DNA of 27,612 nucleotides from a virus (taxonomy: Duplodnaviria > Caudoviricetes): IMG/VR virus record IMGVR_UViG_3300016474_000237, positions 1-27,612 of that record; one strand, 5' to 3'. Position numbers and translations under genes: made by a program. Positions 15,716 to 24,968 of the stretch are shown one piece after another; positions within the stretch are counted from its first letter, which is position 1; each line of letters begins with the position of its first letter. The notes under the pieces are model-generated. The model did not search any database. It worked only from the letters and a program-made list of their open reading frames with translations, and was not told where the DNA came from.

Positions 15716-16243
15716 TTAGAGGGCAGGTACTACTGCGGCAACTGCTGCCTCTTCGATTTCATAAGCAAGGAAATCATTCTCTCCAAGGAGAGTGACACTG
15801 TACTTGCTACCATCAGCACGAGTAGTTCCTGAACCTTCGCCAACTGCGCTGAGTTGGAGGAATGGGAAGTACCAATATTTGCCATTCATGTCCTTAACAA
15901 TAGCATTTAGGTATTGTTGACCAGCACCCAAGATTTTGATTGCTTGAGATTTGTCTTGGTCTCTTCGGTGGAACATGAGGTTGATCGTAGCAGTCACATA
16001 AGATGAACCGTTCACGAGGTCGATTGCTGCATCTTCGGTGTAGCTTCCTGTGTTTCTGCGGATTTCAAACGCAGTGTAATCAGGAGCGCCAGCATTCAAA
16101 GTGATTGAATCGATGGTCCATGTATTGGTTGCATCCAATGCAAATGTGTCAATGTTATCTTGCTGATTAATCCAAATTTTTTCGATGCCACCACTATTGT
16201 TGTCGCACGATTTGACGATTGTTTCTAATGCTTCACAAGCCAT
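15716..16243 (-). CDS. Putative major tail (tube) protein
   Basis: 175 aa after the capsid gene; MAC..C..N.GGIEKIW..AIVKDMNGKYW..G.G...DGSKYSVTL.G.N pattern. Confidence 0.55.
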   Translation of the reverse strand: MACEALETIVKSCDNNSGGIEKIWINQQDNIDTFALDATNTWTIDSITLNAGAPDYTAFEIRRNTGSYTEDAAIDLVNGSSYVTATINLMFHRRDQDKSQAIKILGAGQQYLNAIVKDMNGKYWYFPFLQLSAVGEGSGTTRADGSKYSVTLLGENDFLAYEIEEAAVAAVVPAL

Positions 16244-16263
16244 TTTGAATAGTTTAATCAGTT

Positions 16264-16293
16264 AAAAAAAAGAGGGGAGTATTTCATCCCCTC
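16264..16293 (-). terminator. Rho-independent terminator after the major capsid gene
   Basis: GAGGGGA-TGAAATAC-TCCCCTC + T-run. Confidence 0.85.
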
Positions 16294-16303
16294 ATTGGGA
16301 TTC

Positions 16304-17224
16304 TTATGAGTAAAGAACGATCTCAGCACCGTTAACGTGAACGAATCCAACTTTCATGTTGGCACGAGTACGGATGTAAGGCTCAGCAACAGTGTCGCTA
16401 AGGTTTACAGCTTTCAACGCTTTGTCATCACCTTCAGCATCGAATGCGTAAAGTAGATTGTCTTTCAAAGTCAATACAGCTGTATCGTTTGGCATACCTT
16501 CACAAACAACAACTTTCACACCTAAGTAAGTCAAGGCAAGTGGAGTTGTTACATATGTCATGGTGTTACCTGAAGCAGCAGCCAATTCGTATGCGTTAGC
16601 TACGTTAGTAGAAACATACAAGCGAAGGTCAGCTTTTTTGCGGATGATTGCAGCTGGAGCAGCAGCGAAAATCTTAGCTAACTCGGTTAAAACATTACCA
16701 GCATTTACGGTTGTGTTAGCAACATCAACAACAGTTGAGTCAGCTAATAAGCCTTTGATGTAACCATCACAAAGAGCAAGAGTTGCATTCTCTGAAGTGG
16801 TGTCACCTTGCCAACGGATAAGCTCGATATCTTGACCGATTTGCTTAGCCATTTGGTTCCAGTAGAAGTCCATGAATGAAGCAACTGAGAAGTCACCATT
16901 CGAACCTTTTGTCATTTGCAAAGCAACGAAAGATTGCTCAAGGTCAAATTGACAAATTTGTGCCATTGCGCTCAAAGCACATACATCGATTTCAACTGCT
17001 GATAAGTCGTCAGTCGGAGCATCGAATGGACAAGTTGATGATTGGAGAACATTCCCGAAAAGGACAGTTGCCAATTTAGTTTTGCTCTTCACACCTGGAA
17101 GTAAGCGGTAGTTCTCAGCGATGTTCTCTTCAGACAAATATGCTTTAGAGTAGAACGCTTCAGGATTGGCTGCCAACAACGCTGTTGGGTCCACATCCAA
17201 ATCAAAACGGAGTTTTTTAGACAT
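16304..17224 (-). CDS. Major capsid protein (HK97-like)
   Basis: 306 aa after protease/scaffold and followed by a terminator; QIGQDIELIRWQGD..CDGYIK, YLGVKVVVCEGMP. Confidence 0.8.
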   Translation of the reverse strand: MSKKLRFDLDVDPTALLAANPEAFYSKAYLSEENIAENYRLLPGVKSKTKLATVLFGNVLQSSTCPFDAPTDDLSAVEIDVCALSAMAQICQFDLEQSFVALQMTKGSNGDFSVASFMDFYWNQMAKQIGQDIELIRWQGDTTSENATLALCDGYIKGLLADSTVVDVANTTVNAGNVLTELAKIFAAAPAAIIRKKADLRLYVSTNVANAYELAAASGNTMTYVTTPLALTYLGVKVVVCEGMPNDTAVLTLKDNLLYAFDAEGDDKALKAVNLSDTVAEPYIRTRANMKVGFVHVNGAEIVLYS

Positions 17225-17237
17225 TGTTATTTGGTTT

Positions 17238-18212
17238 TTATTGATTTACAAATTGTTTGAACTTCGCAAATTTTTCACTCATTGAGAGTTGGGTTGCTTG
17301 CGTCTCAACCACTTCTTCTTCTTTCTCTGCGTACATCTCCTCGATTTGGTTGCGGAGGTCAGCAATCATTGCGATAAGTGCTTTCTCTCTTTCTTCCAAC
17401 ATCGGCAAAACGATTGCAGCGATTGCCTCGGCATCGGTTGCTGGGTCAATAGCCATCTCCTCTTCAGTGGTGGTAGACTCTTCAGTTGTCTCTTCAACTG
17501 TTGTCTCTTCCATCGCCACCTCTTCGGTTGCCATCTCTTCCTCAACCACTTCCTCGGTTGGTGTTTTTTCTACCTCTTTAATCTCAACAACTTCTCCGTC
17601 TTTGACGACATAGATTTTGTCTTCGATGAGGTGTTCTCCATCAGGTAACTTCATTGTATTTAGTTTAATTTGTTCCGATAATTTCAGACCGAGAAAGCCT
17701 TCAATGGAGAAACCGACTTGATCGTTGGCAACCAATTCGGCAAAGTAATCAGCATCGGTCACCTGAGCGGTTACCATGAGAGTTCCTTTCGGTACCTCAA
17801 TGCCAAATGTCGAGTATGCCTTATCTTGTTTTGGGTTGTCAACAATCCATGTCTCAAGAATGTAGGCAGGTACTTTTTTCTCGGTGTCATGTTCCAAGTT
17901 GAAGATGTCACGATTGCGCAAATCAGCCATGAACTTGGTGTGAATCTGCTCGATGACTTCCTCAGTGAACTGGACATAGTACTCACCATCTCCATCACTC
18001 TTGCGGTAGATGTCCATTGGTATCATGGCTGGAGCTGTGATGCGATACTTCACATCATCAGCAAACATCAATCGCTTATCACTTCCAAAAGCCATACCTT
18101 TGACCTTAATAGCCGGTAGGTTGGTGAAAGCAATCATCTCGATTCCCAAGTTTTCTCCATCGGAGTACTCGTCATCGATTGTGATTTTGTAGATAGGTAA
18201 GTCCTTAGTCAT
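17238..18212 (-). CDS. XkdF-like prohead protease fused to an acidic scaffold
   Basis: IAFTNLPAI, APAMIPMDIYR, FNLEHD, ETWIV, PKGT, GFSIEG; long Glu/Thr-rich tail. Confidence 0.8.
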   Translation of the reverse strand: MTKDLPIYKITIDDEYSDGENLGIEMIAFTNLPAIKVKGMAFGSDKRLMFADDVKYRITAPAMIPMDIYRKSDGDGEYYVQFTEEVIEQIHTKFMADLRNRDIFNLEHDTEKKVPAYILETWIVDNPKQDKAYSTFGIEVPKGTLMVTAQVTDADYFAELVANDQVGFSIEGFLGLKLSEQIKLNTMKLPDGEHLIEDKIYVVKDGEVVEIKEVEKTPTEEVVEEEMATEEVAMEETTVEETTEESTTTEEEMAIDPATDAEAIAAIVLPMLEEREKALIAMIADLRNQIEEMYAEKEEEVVETQATQLSMSEKFAKFKQFVNQ

Positions 18213-18216
18213 TGCT

Positions 18217-18243
18217 TATGTTGCAGATTTTGTATATTTGTTC
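18217..18243 (-). promoter_or_regulatory. Candidate late promoter GAACAAAT-N10-TGCAACATA
   Basis: 4 nt upstream of the protease ATG. Confidence 0.6.
18233..18240 (+). promoter_or_regulatory. Bacteroidota -7 element TATATTTG for the plus-strand gene pair
   Basis: Exact TAnnTTTG 14 nt upstream of the ATG at 18255. Confidence 0.55.
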
Positions 18244-18254
18244 AAAAAATAACT

Positions 18255-18803
18255 ATGATAACAGTATTCGACAGGGAGATTCCCAACAAAATGGATGAGC
18301 TGACAATCGAGCAGTTCGAGAAAATCAGCCAAATTCTAAACAATCAGGAGTTCGACAACATCGAGAAGTACGTTGAGATGTTTAAATTCCTTGGCATCGA
18401 GGAGAAGCTATGGGATGACTACCCATTCAGCGAGTTCATTGAATTGGTCAAGACGTTCAACCTGGACTCATACACACCACAGGAGGCAGTGACATCCATC
18501 GAGTTGGAAGGATATACCTACACAGCTGAGATGAGACTGTCAGTGAAGGAGACCAAACTCATCGAGAAGATTGTCAACACCAAACCCAGCCACTACATCA
18601 GTGACATCCTTGCAATCATGTTCAAACGCACTGACCTCAGCAATACTGAACACTTCGCTGATGCACATTTGAAGCATAAGGCAAAGCTGTTCCGCAATCA
18701 AAAAGCAGAGTTGTGTGTTCCTTATATTGTGTTCGTTACCGAAAAGATTGCAGAGTATGCAAAAGCCAATACTCCCGAAGGGGTGGCACCAAGTAAATCT
18801 TGA
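18255..18803 (+). CDS. Hypothetical protein, paralog A (possible tail assembly chaperone)
   Basis: 182-aa ORF, protein-like, with no credible minus-strand gene in this span; colinear similarity to the next gene. Confidence 0.75.
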   Translation: MITVFDREIPNKMDELTIEQFEKISQILNNQEFDNIEKYVEMFKFLGIEEKLWDDYPFSEFIELVKTFNLDSYTPQEAVTSIELEGYTYTAEMRLSVKETKLIEKIVNTKPSHYISDILAIMFKRTDLSNTEHFADAHLKHKAKLFRNQKAELCVPYIVFVTEKIAEYAKANTPEGVAPSKS

Positions 18804-19494
18804 GCAGTTCATTGAACTGAGAGGACTTCAAGCAGAGGATGGGTTGTTCAACCACAACATCGATATCCTCTGCACCCTCACTGATTCATATCCTGAGGAC
18901 TTCGATGATGCAGAACTGCATGAGGTAGCCGAGTGGTTCAAGGATTTGCAGTGGTTGTATTCCGAACCTACCAAGAATCATACTGATCGTGTTGGTAAAT
19001 TCCATCTCAAACCAATGAATGAGTTGACACTGGGGGAATTTATCGACTTGGAGTACTACTTCACACAGGACTACATCAAGAATCTGCCAAACATCTGCGC
19101 ACTGTTGTATCGCATTCCTGAGATTGTCGAGGATGGAGTTGTTGCAAAATGGGAAACAACTGCATTCAAGCCATCGGCACGAGCGCACTACTTCCTTGAG
19201 CAACCAATCACCAAGATGTATGGCATCCTGACTGAGTATATCAAGTTCAGGGACCAATTCATCTCAAAGCATTCCAACCTAATGACCGAAGATATCGAAG
19301 ATGACCTCAGTGATATCGATGACCCGGAAGAGCGCAAAGAGGCAGAAAGACAAAAGGCATCTAATAAATGGGGATGGGAGCAACTCATTTGGTCAATGTG
19401 CAATGGTGACCTCACCAAGTATGAGCAGGTCATCAATATGAAGCTGATACTTGTGTTCAACTTCCTGGCAATGCGTAAAGAGTTAGATATTTAG
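18757..19494 (+). CDS. Hypothetical protein, paralog B (possible tail assembly chaperone with extra C-terminal domain)
   Basis: Likely start MQKPILP at 18757; acidic linker, then KWGWEQLIWSMCNGDLTK..VFNFL. Confidence 0.75.
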   Translation: MQKPILPKGWHQVNLEQFIELRGLQAEDGLFNHNIDILCTLTDSYPEDFDDAELHEVAEWFKDLQWLYSEPTKNHTDRVGKFHLKPMNELTLGEFIDLEYYFTQDYIKNLPNICALLYRIPEIVEDGVVAKWETTAFKPSARAHYFLEQPITKMYGILTEYIKFRDQFISKHSNLMTEDIEDDLSDIDDPEERKEAERQKASNKWGWEQLIWSMCNGDLTKYEQVINMKLILVFNFLAMRKELDI

Positions 19495-19916
19495 TAATCG
19501 AGTGAATAATTGAACTCACCGAATAATGGCTCAAAGTCATATATCACCTTCGGCTTTTTGCGCAATAGATTGCCGAGTTCCAAGATGGGGAACTTCTGAG
19601 CCAAATCAGCCACATACATTCCATACATCTCAGCAATCAACCCATTCATCTCGAGAGCATCATTGAATTTCTGAACCAAATGGAAGGGAGCAATGGTGGC
19701 TGTTCCGTTGTTGAGGTATCCGAAGTAATAAGCAGCTACAATCTGAATGCGGAGATTGCCTTCAGTTGTTACCTTGGCATTGATGCGCACTGAATCATAC
19801 AAGGTGTATGTGTCAATGAGCGCCTCATCCTTGATAATTTTCTTGAGTGTATTTGCAACCCTCCTTCTGAGTGGATATTTGAAGTTGTATTCTCCTGTGT
19901 TTGCGTAGCGTGCCAT
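19491..19916 (-). CDS. Putative neck / tail completion protein
   Basis: LIDTYTLYDSVRI..YYFGYLNNGT..P pattern reminiscent of HK97 gp10-like proteins; position in the tail module. Confidence 0.5.
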   Translation of the reverse strand: MARYANTGEYNFKYPLRRRVANTLKKIIKDEALIDTYTLYDSVRINAKVTTEGNLRIQIVAAYYFGYLNNGTATIAPFHLVQKFNDALEMNGLIAEMYGMYVADLAQKFPILELGNLLRKKPKVIYDFEPLFGEFNYSLDY

Positions 19917-19921
19917 CTATC

Positions 19922-19948
19922 TATGTTGCAATTAGTCCCCGATTTGTT
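19922..19948 (-). promoter_or_regulatory. Candidate late promoter AACAAAT-N11-TGCAACATA
   Basis: 5 nt upstream of the ATG at 19916. Confidence 0.55.
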
Positions 19949-20381
19949 TAGGAATTTGACAATCGGTCCATGAATCCATAGTGAATGTGATGGTCATCAA
20001 CCATCCAGCAGCGTAATCGAGAAGGTCATTGTTGAGTGGCACGAGTGATGGGAATCCAACCACATCGAAATCACGATCATTGTTGTTGAATGTGTAGTTC
20101 AGATACAAGTCCATCAATATCTGATGGCAGTCACTGAGAATCACGTTGATGTTTGCCCTGTCTTTTTGGATGATGTCAAAGCAATAGATTTCAAGAGTGA
20201 AGTCATTGGTGTTCTCGGTAGGAATAGCATCCACAGGTACGATGTACACAATCGGATATTTCTCATCCTTGGTGGCGAAGTTGAACAACTGTTCTTTGAA
20301 GTCAGAGCCTACTTTCTTGACCTGAAGGTGCGCATTGTAGAATGCGATGATTTCGTTGACGAGTGCTTGGTAACTTATCAC
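19932..20381 (-). CDS. Putative tail terminator protein
   Basis: 149 aa, acidic; KYPIVYIVP..FTLEIYCFD..AAGW..CQIP pattern. Confidence 0.55.
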   Translation of the reverse strand: MISYQALVNEIIAFYNAHLQVKKVGSDFKEQLFNFATKDEKYPIVYIVPVDAIPTENTNDFTLEIYCFDIIQKDRANINVILSDCHQILMDLYLNYTFNNNDRDFDVVGFPSLVPLNNDLLDYAAGWLMTITFTMDSWTDCQIPKQIGD

Positions 20382-22288
20382 AGTACTGCGTTTTTAAGGA
20401 TTTTGTTTACTTTGTTTTGCACACCTGTCATCTCGGTCTCACTTACCACAGCTGTCACAGTGATGTTGGATGTAGTCTCAACACCTTGAGCAGATGTTGC
20501 ATTGTTGGCTGCATTGCCTTGACCAAATAGGTTGCCCGGTACGAATGATGGAACTGATGGCGCAGTTGGCGCGGCAACACCTCCACCACCTCCACCTGTT
20601 GGTGTTGATACTGATGCGCCTCCACCACCATTCATAAACTTAGCAATGGATGATGCCACAATTGTTCCGATGGATGTAGCTGCACGAACTTTAGCACCGG
20701 CAGCTGCGGCAGATGCAAGAGCAAGACCACCATCAGGCAATGCCTTCCACAATGGATTGGCATAGTATCCTGAAATCTCTTTCTGAGTGTTGACAATAAT
20801 CTCACCAATGGCAAGCGCTTTGTCCACAATGAAGAGAGCATTTGCGAGTTTCTTATTCTCTCCAGCAAGTTCAGTCAACCCTGATATCAATCCTTTGGCA
20901 GCACCAAGTCGAGCCTGAGCGAGTGACTCCTCCGCTGCCATGACAGCCTCGTTGTATTTCTGCTGGTCCTCAAATGACTTCATGTTTGATTCGCCTTGAA
21001 TCTGAAGTTTCTGAGTTGTGGTGGCAACCATATTGGAGACGATGTCCTTGCTCGATTTGGTTTCTAATCGAACAAACTCATCTGCTGATTCCTTTCGAAT
21101 TGTATTTATTTCAAGGTCTTGAGCAGCCTGAAGTGCGGTGATATCTTTTTTGTATTTTTTAGCCTCAGCAATGAGTGCAGCATACTTGGTCTTTACGTCA
21201 TCAATCTCTTTCTGAGTTTGAGTCTTGGTTGAGTCTATGACCAACTTATTAGCTGCGTTGATTTCAGCTTGAATAGCAGCAGCATTTTCCTTATATTTCT
21301 TGGCTGCCTCTTCACGTTTTTTCTGCGCTTCTTGTTCAGCTAAAAATTCAGCGGCTTTGGCATCAGCCTCTGCCTTCATCAATATTAATTTGCGTTGCTG
21401 TGAACCATCTCCAATTATTTTATTCTCTTCCTCAATTCGCTTTCTGAGCGTCTTCCTTCTTTCGATGGAATCCTTGTCACTCAATCTTTTCAATTCAGCG
21501 TACTCAGAGCGAGCATCTGCCAATCTTTTTTTGGCAGCATCACTGATTGCTTTTGATTTGTCAAGTTCCAATTTGGTGGTGTCCTTTCCAGCTAAGCGAG
21601 CCTTTTCAATCTCGAGGTCATAGTGCTTTGATATACCATCCACTCTCTTCTCAGATGACTTGAATGCCTTCTCATTAGACTTCTCCATCTTACGAGCATT
21701 CTCCTCAGCAGCATACGATGTCAGACCTAACCAATCGGTCAACTCTTTGAACGCATCAATGAGCAAGTTCACTGGAGCCATCAAGAAACTGATTGCCTTC
21801 TCAAGCACGCCAATCTTATTCAACCAAACACCTATTGCAACCACGATTGCAGTGATGACTGCCGTCAATAAAAATATTGGATTTGTTAGAATCTGCGCAC
21901 CAAGTTTGACGAATGCGCCACCCATTGTTGTGACTGTGCTTGTCAGACCCTTCATGCTCTTGCTGATATCAGCTGCATTGAGTCCACCAAGATTCTTGGC
22001 AAATACTTTTGCCTTATCAGATGCCTCCTCGAAATCGAGTGACATGATTGAATCACGAATACCACCAAACGAGTTGGATATCTGCTCAAATTTCGAACCT
22101 GATGCAAAGACATTCACTGCATCATTGGCATCCTTTATCCTATCCGCTACCTCACCAGCACGAGCAGCGAGTGCCGCCATTTGTTCCGGGTCAGATGCTT
22201 CAGCAATCGCTGCCTTGAGTGAGCGGAGTTCTGCCTTTAGTGACTGAACACCTGAGAGCTTGAGTGGTATTTCGACTTCGTTAGCCAT
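20378..22288 (-). CDS. Tape measure protein
   Basis: 636 aa, Ala/Lys/Glu-rich coiled coil, hydrophobic NPIFLL..IVVAIG segment, Gly-rich stretch near the C-terminus. Confidence 0.75.
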   Translation of the reverse strand: MANEVEIPLKLSGVQSLKAELRSLKAAIAEASDPEQMAALAARAGEVADRIKDANDAVNVFASGSKFEQISNSFGGIRDSIMSLDFEEASDKAKVFAKNLGGLNAADISKSMKGLTSTVTTMGGAFVKLGAQILTNPIFLLTAVITAIVVAIGVWLNKIGVLEKAISFLMAPVNLLIDAFKELTDWLGLTSYAAEENARKMEKSNEKAFKSSEKRVDGISKHYDLEIEKARLAGKDTTKLELDKSKAISDAAKKRLADARSEYAELKRLSDKDSIERRKTLRKRIEEENKIIGDGSQQRKLILMKAEADAKAAEFLAEQEAQKKREEAAKKYKENAAAIQAEINAANKLVIDSTKTQTQKEIDDVKTKYAALIAEAKKYKKDITALQAAQDLEINTIRKESADEFVRLETKSSKDIVSNMVATTTQKLQIQGESNMKSFEDQQKYNEAVMAAEESLAQARLGAAKGLISGLTELAGENKKLANALFIVDKALAIGEIIVNTQKEISGYYANPLWKALPDGGLALASAAAAGAKVRAATSIGTIVASSIAKFMNGGGGASVSTPTGGGGGGVAAPTAPSVPSFVPGNLFGQGNAANNATSAQGVETTSNITVTAVVSETEMTGVQNKVNKILKNAVL

Positions 22289-24968
22289 ATATTCTGACTT
22301 CTATTGGTGAGTATAGCAGTTTATCATCCTCGTGTTGATGGTTGGATGTGTTTGTTGTCTTTACCACAATGTTGCCATCGCTGTTGACGAATGCAGAAGC
22401 AAGGTGGTCATGCTCTACGTTGCCAATAATCACGAAAGTGTTTGTAACATCAAACGGTGTGACAGGAGTTCCAAGATAGTTCCCTTTGGCTGTGCGAGTC
22501 CATGTAACGCCACCAATCGAATCAGCCAACACAATCGCTGTGGGCGCATCCGTTCCTACCTGAGAGAGCAATGCAGTGTATCCGTTGGATGCTGTGTTCA
22601 CTCCATTAATCTGAGGAGTGATGATACCATCCTCGTTGAGGACCTTGTTGTCTCCGATGACCAACCCCTTGACACCTTGACCGATGATGTTGCCCTCGCC
22701 TTTCACGATCACGTCATCGCCTGAGAGGTTGCCATTGGCAGTGGTTGACTTGGTCTGAAGGATGCTGTCCTCAGATACTGCCGTTGTGGTTGCTGATGTC
22801 GGTGTACCTGGAGCAGTGATGAATGGAGCGAGGTCAATCTCAGTGTCGATGCTGATGAGTTCCACCTTGGTAGCTGTATTCGCATTGGCATCATAGTCGA
22901 TGACTCGGTTGATATTCCACCATGAGTTTTCGATACGAATCTTGTCATTGAGCTTCATCGTTTGAATGTCAGCCTCGTTGAGGTAGAACATCGCCACCAA
23001 CATCTTGCCTACATTGATTTGATTGACTGTTCTCCTCCAGTACAGGTTGTATAGATTGTTAGCAGTAAGCGTCTGAGGTGAATAGTAGTAGTAGTCATTG
23101 GTTCCGAAGTTGATGTCAAATGTCGGGAGCAGTGCGTTGTCGAAATGCCCGAGCATCGGATATGTCGTGTTGCCGAGCGCACCTGTTGTGCCGTACTCAA
23201 TTAAATCCCATGTGCCGCACGTTTGCTCACCACCATCATACAAGATGCGGATGTTGGTCTTGGGTGCCTCACCATTGAGAGCCGGAACATAGGCATCGAA
23301 TGTAGTGGCAACCACAGGAGTTGGTGAGAACAATAATTCTTTGACCTCTTCTCCTTTCACATACTCGTTGTCGAATGTGTATTGCAATTGTCCATAGACC
23401 TCATTGGTCATTTGGAAGTATACCTCATTGGGTGAATCCTTGTCTTGCTTGTATGTGAGTGTGAGTTTCTTAGATGTGAGGTCAGGCAAGAATATCAAAT
23501 CTTGCTCTCTCTCCTTCATCAACTTGGTTGTCCAATCAACTTCAGCGCCTGAGTCATAGTATTCATCCCTATGCTTGAGGATGAGTTTGTTCGGTTGGTC
23601 TGTATCGATGTCGACATACAAGTTGTACATCGTGAAGATGGACTTCACAAAGTCGCTCTGCTTAATCTTGAGCGGCACATATTGGTTGATGTCCAAGATG
23701 CCACCAATCACTTGGATGTTGGCTGTTGGAAGTATCTTGATGCGAAGTGAGTTTACCTTGAATATCGCATCGATTGAGTATGATGTACCACCATTGAACC
23801 AAGCTGTGTATGATGTGTATGTCCCGAGTTTAATCTGAAGCGCATCACCTGTGTTGAGTTGACCCGAACCGGATGCGTTCTCCATCACTAAGATTCCACC
23901 CGTCTTGGTGCCACTGAAGATGACTGTCTGACCTGATGCCAGTGTTGTGTTGATGGGCAAGTTCTGATTCGGTAGCACGTTGGAGTACTGAGCCTGAAAT
24001 GTGCCGAATGCAGCCACAATGCGAGGTCGACCATTCCATGCGTTGTTGGTGTTGGTCACACTCAAGCCATTGGTGTTGTCCAGGATGAAGTCAAAGTCAA
24101 CTTCATACTCGATGGTAAAGCCTTGACCACTTCCTGCATTGGTATTGAATGGCACGGTGAAGATGCCTGTGGTTGGGTTGAATGACCCCTGTATATCGGT
24201 TATCTCAGTCCATCCTGTTGCGTTGTCATATGAGCCGAATGATGGCACTGGAGTTGTGACCTCAATAGGACCAATCTCTTCCTCAACCAAGTAGTCAGTG
24301 GTGTCGAATGTATTCTCATCACCGTTGTAAGGAATGAGCAACTTATCGAATCGAGCAGCTGCAAGAGCCGACCACTCATATTGGAAGCCTGCTGTTGCGA
24401 AGATTCGGTCAAGATAAGTCTTGGCATATATAGCAGGTTTGAACTGACGCACATTGAAAATGTTATCAGTATCGTATGGCATCACATACTTGAACCCATC
24501 AGCCACAGTGTTGTCGAATGTGCCGATGATAGATGCTGCATCGAAGGTATGGTTCAGGTCAGTGAAGTCCAGGTCAGTCAACTCAGCGTTAGTGATCGCA
24601 GTAAAGAACTCGATGCGAGTATCCTTGATTAATACCTCATACTCTACCCCTTGCTCATAGGCATCAGTCTGCTGATTCTTCTTGACTGACAGCAACTGAA
24701 GCAGCGCATCCTCCACAATCGGCACACCATTCTGAATGACACTGCACTTAGTGAGTGCATTGATATCAAATGTACCGGCTTGGATGTTTACGTCATAGTA
24801 GTGGTTGAGTAACTCATTGTTGTTCTTGTTACCCACCAAGGTGATTGTCTTGGAGAATGTTCCTGTGCGCTTAGTGAAGTCACGAATGTCCCCGACTGCG
24901 AAGTTCAAAGGGAAAACAGTTCCCTCCTTCACATCGAGATACCCATTCTCAAGTTGTATCCTAACCAT
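22281..24968 (-). CDS. Large tail / baseplate hub protein
   Basis: 895 aa; DIRDFTKRTGTFSKTITL, FKPAIYAK, KQSDFVKSIFTMYNL, NLYNLYW; beta-rich. Confidence 0.7.
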   Translation of the reverse strand: MVRIQLENGYLDVKEGTVFPLNFAVGDIRDFTKRTGTFSKTITLVGNKNNNELLNHYYDVNIQAGTFDINALTKCSVIQNGVPIVEDALLQLLSVKKNQQTDAYEQGVEYEVLIKDTRIEFFTAITNAELTDLDFTDLNHTFDAASIIGTFDNTVADGFKYVMPYDTDNIFNVRQFKPAIYAKTYLDRIFATAGFQYEWSALAAARFDKLLIPYNGDENTFDTTDYLVEEEIGPIEVTTPVPSFGSYDNATGWTEITDIQGSFNPTTGIFTVPFNTNAGSGQGFTIEYEVDFDFILDNTNGLSVTNTNNAWNGRPRIVAAFGTFQAQYSNVLPNQNLPINTTLASGQTVIFSGTKTGGILVMENASGSGQLNTGDALQIKLGTYTSYTAWFNGGTSYSIDAIFKVNSLRIKILPTANIQVIGGILDINQYVPLKIKQSDFVKSIFTMYNLYVDIDTDQPNKLILKHRDEYYDSGAEVDWTTKLMKEREQDLIFLPDLTSKKLTLTYKQDKDSPNEVYFQMTNEVYGQLQYTFDNEYVKGEEVKELLFSPTPVVATTFDAYVPALNGEAPKTNIRILYDGGEQTCGTWDLIEYGTTGALGNTTYPMLGHFDNALLPTFDINFGTNDYYYYSPQTLTANNLYNLYWRRTVNQINVGKMLVAMFYLNEADIQTMKLNDKIRIENSWWNINRVIDYDANANTATKVELISIDTEIDLAPFITAPGTPTSATTTAVSEDSILQTKSTTANGNLSGDDVIVKGEGNIIGQGVKGLVIGDNKVLNEDGIITPQINGVNTASNGYTALLSQVGTDAPTAIVLADSIGGVTWTRTAKGNYLGTPVTPFDVTNTFVIIGNVEHDHLASAFVNSDGNIVVKTTNTSNHQHEDDKLLYSPIEVRIYG

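Noticed and set aside
18715-18803. Programmed -1 frameshift joining the two plus-strand genes
   Set aside because: The second ORF is in the +1 frame, has its own ATG, and no XXXYYYZ heptamer was seen in the overlap.
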